NCBI GenBank assembly: GCA_009602725.1
Contig: WELB01000006.1
Location: 978,632 to 1,008,831, forward strand
DNA from: Spirogloea muscicola
Taxonomy: Eukaryota
Reading direction: 5' to 3'
DNA: 30,200 nt
Position 1 is the stretch's first letter, and every line of letters starts with the position of its first letter. A model generated the notes under the pieces. It saw only the letters and a program-made list of their open reading frames with translations. It did not search any database and was not told where the DNA came from. Both the position numbers and the translations under genes were made by a program. This document shows, piece after piece, positions 9,740-19,491 of this stretch.

Positions 9740-12380
9740 ATGGCCGCCTGCCCGGCCGCCACAGCCGCCGCCGCCACCGCCGCGGCGCCGGCTGACGTGC
9801 AAGACGGGCCCGCAGCTCAGGCTGGTCGTCAGGCTGCAGCGGCTGCGGCACAGCGGTCCATCAAGTCGCGACTCCCTCTCCCGCGTCCTTCCCAGAAGGT
9901 GTGTCGCCTCTGGCTGCCTGGTTGCGCTCGGCTGCCGCTCCCTATTGCATGCGGCAGCTTGGATCCCGCTCGTCGGTCGGCGACCGCGGGCCGTCGGAGC
10001 CGCGAGATTGCGAATTTTGTGCATCCGTCACCTGCCGAGAACGGCAGTAATAGCAGCGCTGCATGCATGCTTAGGCTCAGTGACCTGCGAGCAACGAGCG
10101 TGACTTGGTAGCTACCACGAGAAACGGCGTCGCTCAATTCCAATCGCTTGTGCTGGGGATGATCAGGTCCGGCCACGGAGAGGCAGTGCGTCCATTTCTT
10201 CTGGCAAGGCATCAACGAGCGGGCCACCTGCAATAGTCCGGCGGCTGATCCAGGACAATCGAGCATGCCCCTCGGAGCAGATCAGGCTGATAGCCACTGA
10301 CGTTGACGGGACTCTTTTGAACTCAAAGCAGGAGCTCAGTGAACGAACCGTGCGAGCTCTCCGACTTGCTATGGATCAAGAGGTGCAGGTGATGTGGATG
10401 AAATTTGTTCTTCACAAGTAGCCAGTTACTGTTGCCTGAAATCACTTCTCTGTTGATTTTGCCTCGTGCTTGCTGGCATGATAGCGAAGCTGGTTTGGCA
10501 CAGCTGCTCTTTTGAATTTACCTGTGCCCCTGTCATCTGTGGCAGGTTGTCATTGCAACTGGCAAAACCAGGGGGCCTTGGGTAACCTCAGTTTTGCCGA
10601 GATTAGGAATCTCAACTCCTGGCGTTTACCTCCAGGTGATAGTGACGTCTTCGAATACTAGTGACATCAATCATGATGCTCCAACATCAATGCCTGACTT
10701 GATCAGAAGTTGCAGCATCTACTCTGGTCAGACGATATAGCAACCACACAATGATGTGTCTGGCGCCCTTGTGTGGTATGCGGACGACCAGTGATGCTGC
10801 TAAATCATCGGCATCGATGCAAATTGCCCTTGACTTGTCACATCAGCACGTCTGATGTGTTGTCCCTTCTATTTACACTGTTTCCTTACCAGGGACTCCT
10901 CATATACAATGCAGATGGCTCAATTGCATATGAGCGAACGATGGATGAAGCTCTTGCGACCGCTGTGATTAAGCTTGCTCAACAGGAAAACCTTACCCTT
11001 ATTGCTTGTTGTGGTGAGCGAATGTGAGTGTTGACAAATTTTGCATGCACGTCCTGCGAAACCCGTATGATGATCCAGTCTTGTCACAGTCTTATATGGC
11101 TCTTTGTATCGCTAAAATAGGTCTATCTTTCAGCTACTGTAGGCGCGCTGCCCTTGAAGCAAATTTTGCGAAGTCCTGACTGACTTTCTGCTCTCTTTTG
11201 ACTGCAGTCTATGTGAAGCAACAAATTTCCATACTGATCGCTTGATAGGGTACGGTGAACCGATTCCCGAGGCTGTGGGCCCTTTACTCAACATCGTTGG
11301 TAGCTTGGTAATACACAAGGTAGGTGGTCCTGCAATTAGGGCTCCGGATAATTACGAAAATAACATGATGACACGATGAGCAGGTCATGACTGCTCTCAG
11401 CATTTGAAATCGACAGCATGTGAAGCCCTGTGATGACCTTGTGGTGCTTTGTACAAGCCTACAGCATTGTAAAGTCTTCGTCTGTGATGACATTGCTATA
11501 TCAAGTTCATTGAGTGTCTCTGTCAAGTCCGCTTGCTTGAGAGACATGTCTGACAAGCAACATGCAGTTAGTTTGTACTTGTTGATACATTCAGTAAATA
11601 AAGTAGGTCAGATTGCGGGCAAGGCAATGATGACTGATTGCATAAGGTGCTCTGACAATCTAGGATGTCAACAGATCTTCCACCTTCTGAGGCCTTGCCT
11701 GCTACTCTTGATAGTTGCAGTCGAATAGTGACATAGTGCAAAGTCTCGCTTTCAAACCCAGTCTGTGCATTGTGCTAATAGGACCGATACCAACTCAATC
11801 ATAACTGGAATCCGGTGGTTATGCTGCAGCTGCTATTCATGTCCAGCGACAACATTCTGGCTCGATTGAGACCAGAAATAGAGCTTGTGCTGGGAGACAA
11901 AGCGACAATTGTAACAGCTCTGCATGGAATGCTTGAGGTCCTACCAGCTGGTGCTTCTAAAGGCCGTGGCCTGGCACAGGTTCTTGCTGACCTTGGCATT
12001 GACCAAGGCAAAGTCATGGCTATAGGAGATGGTAGGTGTACCTGCCTTCCACAGGTTCTCCACAGTGGGTTCCTGGAGATGCATGTGTCACAGGATGTCC
12101 TGAACGGCTGGCAATATTGAATTTCGAGTCATACGTAAGCAGAATAGTCTTCAATAAATCGGGCTGCGCCAACAATTGCTTCCGGCCTCCTCGTAATTGA
12201 AAGCTTTTGTTGTGCACAGGGGAAAACGACATTGAAATGCTGAAGATGGCTGGCTTTGCTGTGGCCATGGGCAACGCAGTAGAAGCACTCAAAAAAGTTG
12301 CACATCATGTCACTTTGACGAATGACAACGATGGACTAGCTGTGGCTGTGGAGCAGTTTGTTTTGAGTGCAGGTCACTAA
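9740..12380 (+). CDS. Cof-type HAD-IIB hydrolase (sugar/pyridoxal-phosphatase-like), 7 exons
   Basis: Exons ~9740-9898, 10281-10388, 10546-10635, 10893-11023, 11208-11319, 11830-12031 and 12220-12380. Motif I LIATDVDGTLLNS, motif II VVIATGK, motif III EVLPAGASKG, motif IV AIGDGENDIEML...AVAMGNA...NDNDG. Ala-rich N-terminal extension. Confidence 0.93.
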
Positions 12381-12693
12381 TGCTTAGAAGAGAATCTTGG
12401 AGACGTTTTGGGCTCTCAAAGCCCTCCTATGCTCAGGTCAAGGTAATTTGCATGAAAGGGTGTGTATGTGAGTGTCTTTCTTTGCAGTGTAAGGGCCAAG
12501 CCCAAAGCTCATAGAAGTGCAGGTTCCTGTTTCTCTCAAGACAATGATACATTATTCAACTTCAGTGCTTGACCATGACAAGCTGCCAGCGGCAAGATGA
12601 CTCTAAGCATGATGTCAGGCCACCCATTTCCTGGTTATTGTATAGTCAATAAGCAGCATCTATTATCGTTGTCGTTGAGCCTAAGCACTCGTT

Positions 12694-15600
12694 TTAGCAG
12701 GGAAGGGTCCAATCGATAGGATCGAGATTGTTCTGTATAAGGTGCTCGTTGATTACTGCAAAAGACCTGTTCTCTTCATCTGCAAGAAAATTGCAGGCAC
12801 TCTCATCAATAGATGCCAGCTTTATTTTTACTTAATCCTCAATGCTTCGCAAAAGGATGTCAAGAATGCTAGCCCAGGACCACAGAAGGCATACAAGGCT
12901 GCAGTGTCCCTGTGATCACCTGCAAAATTGTTCCTCGGATTGGCGGGCACTGGCTCCACAATGCACTTGTGCTTCTTGCCAGAGAGGTCCTTGACTTCAT
13001 GGTCAAACTCCTGCCAACAAGTACGGTAACAGCCAGGTATGGTCAGGGCCAGCAGGCCAAATTCATGACTGGGGTGTAAACTGTGTGTCAGTAAGGCCAC
13101 GTCAACACCAACAGAACCATTCACTTGATGCCAATTGTGCTTAATATCCTGCGAGAGTCATGCAGGCACACTTCATATTTATGCTGGGTAACACAACACT
13201 TGTACATTGTTGTCATATAGCGTAGGAGTGGCCACGGAGTCCATCCACCAATTCGCACGATTTCTTGTGCAGATCGCAGAGGAGGCACAGGACTGCATGT
13301 TGGGTCAAGACGAAGCCATTGGCATGAGACCTTGAATGTGTCTCGCACTATCCTGCTCTTGTGTGAGCCCCAAAAAGCAAAGGGGATACAGTCGTGGTTG
13401 TGTGCAACGGTCTCCAGGATAGCCCTGCAGAAGGGAAGCCATAGTTCCCTGTCGGTGCTGCCGTCTGTGTCTATCCTTAGCCAAGATGTCATTGCCATGT
13501 TGAGTAGGAGCACCCCCTGATGCATGGCACAAATTTTGTTGTGAGCCTTCCATGTGCATGTAAATTTCAAGAGAACATGGTCAAAGACCCCCTGTCTGCT
13601 TCCAACCACAATGTCAAGCCACCTATAAGCCACATGGATGTGATGGCACGCACGGACCAGACTAGGTGTCAGATGGTGGCTGCACTCGAACAACTTGCCT
13701 GTGAGGCCCACGGGGAAAGATCTCCAGAGGCAGGAACCCTCCACTCCCTTCCAAGCTCCAGCGTATGCAGTCTCAGTGCCTCAAGTATATAGTCCATGTC
13801 TTGGTCATACAAGGGGTCCAATCTGTACTGCGGATGCAATGATTGTGCCGAGCCAGACCCGCAGGGGAGTATATCAGTTTATGCCACATGTTTGAAGACC
13901 AAAGGTGTCCTGGTTGATGTCCTGGCTGACAAACTCGTGGACCCTTCTGTTGTTACAGTTCTGCTGGCCTTCTTGATGCAACTGGCTGAGGAGTGACAAC
14001 GTCCAAGCACTCGCTTTGACATGAAAACAGTGACTGGCAAAGGCCGTATGGTATAAATCAAAGAGAATGGCACACATAAATTAGACTCAGCAATGTGAGG
14101 TTAAGCAGACACTACCTCAGGATTGGAGAAGGCAAGGCCATCTGCATGATCCTCCTTTATCTGGGTCGTTGTCCTGTCAAGAGGAACTTGAGGTGTCAGT
14201 GAATGACCTGTAAGGCTAGACAAGCACACAAAGGTAGCTCTAGACGACATCGGAACAGTATGCACTGACTATATCCAGTTTCTCTTTGCTGCTTGTATGA
14301 CATACTGAGGGGGCCTCCTTTTCAAGGGTTGCTCAGAAGCGTCTGGGATACCCAATTATTACGGCGCGCACTTGTGACAAGGGGCATAATTCCAGAGCCC
14401 GGAAAATCTTCTCTTTCCTGCCAGATTAGAATCAGCCTATGGTCATTTTTCGTCCAACCCCGGGCTCAAGTCAGGATGCTTAATGATCTTGGTCGTCAAA
14501 ATGAGAGAGTGCTGTACAGCACGCTGCGAAGTGGTACAGCTATGGTCTTGGCAGGCAGCGCAATGGACCGCACTTCTTGCCTTGGAGTCACCTGCCCGCC
14601 ACGGGCCCATATCTCTTCAAGTTCTTGACTGATCTTGGCCAGTGCTGTTGTGTAGCCAGCTCGATGCTGCATTGCATGTCTCCAGTCCTTGGGAATCAAC
14701 TCCTCCAGTTGTGCTGGGTCGCAAGACGAGAGAAAGAGTTGTCCCCCACGATGACGACTGTTAGCATCTTGTTCATGTGAGGCTCTGTCCTCATCATGAT
14801 GGTTTGTCATCAGCATTGAGGAACTGCCTTCATTGTAGACGTTGTCAAGCGCAGACGACTCAGCCAGCTCACTAGAACATTGTCTAGGACAACCTTCCTG
14901 CTCCCCTCCTGATACCTCCATTGACAATTGCCAGGCCTTCCCTTCTAAGTGCAGTGGCAGTGCACTTGTTCCAGCTGCAGATGCCGTGGCTAGTCCACTA
15001 TCAGCATCTCCAATCTCGTTCGATGCTGTCCCCAGCTGCGAGGTCGCTGCCTCTGGGCCCACCGGTGACAATGCCTCTAACAGCGTGTCCTTCGTCGGCG
15101 CAGCTGCAGGGACGGCAGCAGGCTTGGCACCATCTATCAGCTCGTCACTAGAAGCGGGAAGGCGAGCTGGTTCTGTCCAGCCCGGGTTGCCCGAGAGAAA
15201 GACGCCGCCAGCGGCAGCATCTCCTCCTTGCGACGAGCCAAAGTGGCCCAGTCGCCAGGAGTCACCGGCGACAAACGACTGGAGGCGGGGTGGCATGGCT
15301 TCCAGCGACGACAGCTCCTCGATGCCCAGCAGGCCGATGCGGTTGCTGCACAGGTGCAGCCACAGGAGCTGCAGCAGCCCTTGCCTCTGTCTGACCGCAG
15401 AGGCCAGAACTTTAGCTCCAGCCTCCCCAATCTCATTCAGACTAAGCTCCAGGACCTGGAGCCTGTGATGTCCACAGAGAAGCAACAAATGTAAGCAGGA
15501 AGGGTGCATCCACATGGCTATTTGGCTCTCTGGCATGAAGATGTGCTCAGTAATTTATACAAACATTGTACTGAGATACTCAAGAATCAAGCAGACAATG

Positions 15601-17260
15601 ATGAGGCTCTCTTGCCCAGGGAGGAAGCTTACGGCAGGCCAGCTCCGATGGCCTCTGCGACAGAACTGGCTGCACTGTCCCCTAGCGCGTTGCCGTACAG
15701 ATACAGCGCCTGCTCACCGAAGTTGAACCCGTAAGCAGGGCAATCCAGAGTTCCAAAAGATTTCCATTGCAACAATCTACTTCAGAACTTGCACACTGCT
15801 GCTGCCTGTGCTGATTTTATCCAGGCATTATCAAGTCAAAACCAGAGACTTTAGAATCTGCCTTGTGACAAGCATCTAGTCAATGCAAGCTCCTACTGGG
15901 TGAAGCTCAAACCTCCGACTTGCCACTGCAAGACCTGCAAGGCCGGACGAGAGTCCAGCAAATCGAGAGCAGCAACCTGCTACCTTAGGCAGCCTCGACC
16001 TAGGAGCTCAGTGGCTGCTCCATGTGAGCCGGTGGACTTACCTTCAAGGACATGCTGGGAAGCAGACTCTCCATCAGCATAGCAACGTCGGCGTCCGACA
16101 AGCCATTGCAGGACATATTAAGGACCTGACAGATCGGAAGAGGAAAGACAACAGAGCGTTGCCAGGGTCAGCACAAGTACCATGAAATGCTGTGCCTTTG
16201 CTCTAGTCGACATGCACAGTGAGGAAGATAAGCCCATACAACTCACTCAAGAGATTAAGTGAAATGCTAATCCCATTCCCATGGCCCAGACTTTGAGACG
16301 GCTAAGTGCAGCACGTGGGCCCTCATCAGTCTCGCTTTCCAACCTGGGTACTCAAGGCTTCATGCGCATCTGCCGAAGTGCATGAAAATCTTTGCTGCAA
16401 TGCAGCTTTGCTTGTGGAAAGTCTCGAGCTGCGCCACAGACCTGCAGGGAGCGGTTGCGAGACAGTGCGTCGGCCAGCGGCTCGAGGAAGCCCGCCTTGG
16501 TGCCCGAGTACGTGCCAAAGTCATTACCCTGAACTCCGGGATACACACAGGCCAGAGCACCCAAAATGAGGCAAGGGCCGCGCAGTCGCCAGCGATCCGA
16601 AATCCTTTATGGGGTGCGGAGGACGACTTAGTTGCTCTAACATCTCGGACAGACATGTTACCGGCAGTCTCCATCGAGCCCGTCCGCTTCATGATCGTCA
16701 GCGACGGTCTCAACAACACCAGACACTGTCCACTCGACCGTATCAAGCGTTGCACGTCAAGCTTGGGCCAGCAGCTGAGCATGCTACGGAGTTGGTCGGT
16801 CACCAGGGCCAGAGTGCCGGACCTGGAGGTGCAGCGCTGTGAGGGTCTCGCTCTCAGCGATCGCCTCGCAGAGGTCGCGCCAGCGACAGACTGCCTCCTG
16901 CCAAAACCCGTCGTGGTCGCCGGTGCTCGTCTCGCGAGGCTCCAGACCCCCTTCGAGCGTTAGGCTGTCGCCAGCCCAGGCTGAGCTGCTCCGCCACAGC
17001 ACCATGAGCGGGAAGAGCTTGTAGCGGAGGTCGACCGCCGTCTGCGAGCTCCACGTTGCGGCAGAGCATCAGCCCCATGGCCGTCTCCGAGCAAGACTCG
17101 TACGCACGGACGTTGGCGTCAGCTCATCAGAGCACGTCAGACAGTCCAAGAGGTGCGCGCGACGCACCGCATAGCCGGATCGGAGCGTCTGCAGGGCCTC
17201 GGCCAGCGCAGCTTGGGCCTTGGCCGGCGGCAGCGCGTCGGCGGCGGCGTCGGCGGCGGC
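12694..17260 (-). CDS. LRR (RI/RanGAP-type) plus degenerate family-1 uracil-DNA glycosylase domain fusion protein, ~680 aa, 5' end missing or uncertain
   Basis: Phase-compatible exons ~17260-17168, 17041-16823, 16528-16442, 16125-16042, 15709-15633, 15462-14581, 14417-14352, 14173-14116, 13827-13699, 13516-13331, 13010-12920 and 12779-12694. LRRs: LTALHLQGNDFG, LQVLNMSCNGLSD, LKALYLYGNALGD, LQVLELSLNEIGEAG, LLWLHLCSNRIG. UNG fold: IPKDW...VTPRKEKIFRALELCPLSQVRAVIIG...ADGLAFS...GDLSPWASQGVLLLN...W.PF...FAFWGS...F..INEHL...PIDW. Confidence 0.85.
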
Positions 17261-17261
17261 G

Positions 17262-17753
17262 GCGGCGGCGAGGACGAGAAGAAGCCCGCTGGCGATCAGA
17301 GCCAAAGCCACATCAATCTCAAGGTCAAGTCCCAGGTAAAACACTGCTGCCCCGTCCTTGGGAGAGCGTTCCGCTGCAACTGCAGTGGCAGTGTTGGTGG
17401 CTCCTCGCTGGCTCACTGGATGCCAGTCAAACCCTACAACAACCTGGGTGTGCGCTAGTTGCATCTGGCAGCCACCCGTGCCGCATATCTGGTAGGCTAG
17501 TAGCGACTCTTGACATACTCGCTTGGTATTTCCGGTCTTCAGATTGCTGCTCTTGGATGTGCTACCCTGTTGGACTGACTACATAGCTTCAATTGAAGTG
17601 CAGGATGGATCGGAGGTCTTTTTCCGCATCAAGTCTACTGCCACCTTCAAGAAACTCATGACAACCTACTGCGATAGGCAGAGTGTAGCGATGGATTCGA
17701 TTGCTTTCCTGTTTGACGGAAGGCGCCTTCGAGCAGAACAAACTCCCTCTGAG
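17262..17753 (+). CDS. SUMO: Small ubiquitin-like modifier (SUMO), partial: start and last exon (di-Gly) not in the assembly
   Basis: Exon to 17335 ([22 protein letters not shown]) plus exon 17604-17753 ([50 protein letters not shown]) is plant SUMO1/2-like. The final exon probably lies in the gap at 17957. Confidence 0.93.
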
Positions 17754-17957
17754 GTGTGTTTTCTGAATTGTTTTAGTCTGTCATTGAGCACTGTGTCCAG
17801 GTGTCTCTAGTCCTGCACCAAAAACTGCTTGCTTAGACAGTTGCAGTCTACTTCCCATATTCCCGTGTTTTGATATGTAGACCTGAGCATCTGTCGATGA
17901 AGCCCAAATTGTCCTGTTGGCTGAGCTAACTTCCATTTGTATGGTTGAATTGTTACN

Positions 17958-19144
17958 GGGCCGGTGTGGCAGGTGGCCTGGGCGCACCCGCGCTTCGGCG
18001 CGCTCCTGGCGTCCGCCTCGTACGACCGCCGCGTCGTGCTGTGGAAGGAGGCCGCGCCCGGCCAGTGGACGCAGGCCCAGGTCCGCCGCCGCCGCCGCTG
18101 CCGCGCTGGCGGCTTTCGTCACGCCGCCCGCCGCCGGCTTGGTTCTCGACGAGGACCCACATCCACGATTCGATCCACACTGGTTAGAATGTGCGACTCA
18201 GCCTGAGATACTGAATGCCAAGCTTGGTCCGCCATGGCCCTCCTGCAGGTGTTCCAGGAGCACGATGCGAGCGTGAACGGCATCGACTGGGCGCCGCCGG
18301 AGCTGGGCCTCTGCCTCGCCGCCGCCTCGTCCGACGGCTCCATCTCCGTGCTCACCGCCCGGCCGGACGGCGGCTGGGACCGCGCCAAGATCTCCCAGGC
18401 GCACCCCGTCGGCGTCACCTCCGTGTCCTGGGCGCCCGCCGCCGCGCCCGGGTCCCTCATCGGCGCCCCCGCCTCCACGCCCGTCCAGAAGTTCGCCTCC
18501 GGCGGCTGCGACAACACCGTCCGGTGAGCGAGCGGGCCAACACCTGATCCTCTCCGCCACTCCCTCGTGGCTCGTGCGACGGCTTGCGGCGAACATGGGA
18601 CCCTCCAATGAGAGCCGGTCGTGGAGGCTGGCGACGTTGCTCCATGTTCTTTGGTGCAGCGTACTCATGCTCTGCCCCAATGCAGGGTGTGGAAGCTCTC
18701 GGATGGGAGCTGGAAGATGGACTGCTTCCCGCCGCTGACCAAGCATACGGACTGGGTGCGCGATGTCGCGTGGGCGCCCAACCTTGGCCTGCCTAAGAAC
18801 ACCATCGCCAGCGCTTCGCAGGACGGCACCGTTGTCATTTGGACCCAGGTAAGGCTACAGCTGTGCGATTCAAGTATCTGTGCAATGCTCGGATGTGAGT
18901 CAGCAGCGGGCTCTGTCGCTCTGTCCTCACCACAGTTCTCTATGCCACCGTCTACTATGCTTGTCAGGGCAAGGAGGGCGATCAGTGGGTCCCGATCCTG
19001 CTGCACGACTTCAAGACACCGGTGTGGCGCATCAGCTGGTCACTCACGGGCAACATCCTCGCGGTCGCGGACGCGAGCAATGCTGTCACGCTTTGGAAGG
19101 AGGCTCTTGACGGCGAGTGGGGCCAGGTCACAACGGTCACCTGA
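17958..19144 (+). CDS. SEC13: COPII coat/nucleoporin WD40 protein SEC13, 5' end lost in the gap
   Basis: [115 protein letters not shown]...WKEALDGEW. Four exons; TGA at 19142-19144. Confidence 0.97.
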
Positions 19145-19491
19145 GTCTGCTGTAGTAGCAGGTCTTCCATGAGAGTCAAACTCATTCTGCAGCCGGAGCT
19201 TGAACAAGCCCACATGTCATAGGATGCGCCAGATCCAGCCTGGCCTGTGAGGGCCCTGCTAGTGTGTCCGCACTTGTCTTTACACTGGGAGGAGCCAATG
19301 GCGCAGCTATGACCAATGTTGATATAGGCACTGGTGACTAGCGCGTGGTACTCGCTTGCCACTGTTGATGAGCAAGCACCCTAGTTGGCCTGTGCAGCCT
19401 GCAAAGCTCTGTCAAGCAGGTGTAACCTGAGACGGCTTCCTGTGGTAACCTGAGACGTACACACTTTTCACAATGGCCCATGTTGGGGGCG

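Noticed and set aside
14140..14173. Out-of-frame GQ/DP-like reading suggesting a frameshifted GQDP motif
   Set aside because: It needs a non-canonical donor and two indels, whereas the in-frame reading already has exactly canonical spacing to GLAFS.
14842..16963. Long plus-strand ORFs (14842-15468, 16382-16963; likewise 27752-28555)
   Set aside because: They are antisense shadows of real minus-strand exons in GC-rich DNA, with no recognisable motifs.
17753..17958. SUMO-SEC13 fusion or truncated SUMO lacking di-Gly
   Set aside because: An assembly gap (N at 17957) of unknown size separates them and explains both missing ends.
19422..19457. 13-bp direct repeat gtaacctgagacg between convergent genes (and a 14-bp tandem at ~596-622)
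   Set aside because: Only two copies each, consistent with local slippage duplication, with no supporting structure.
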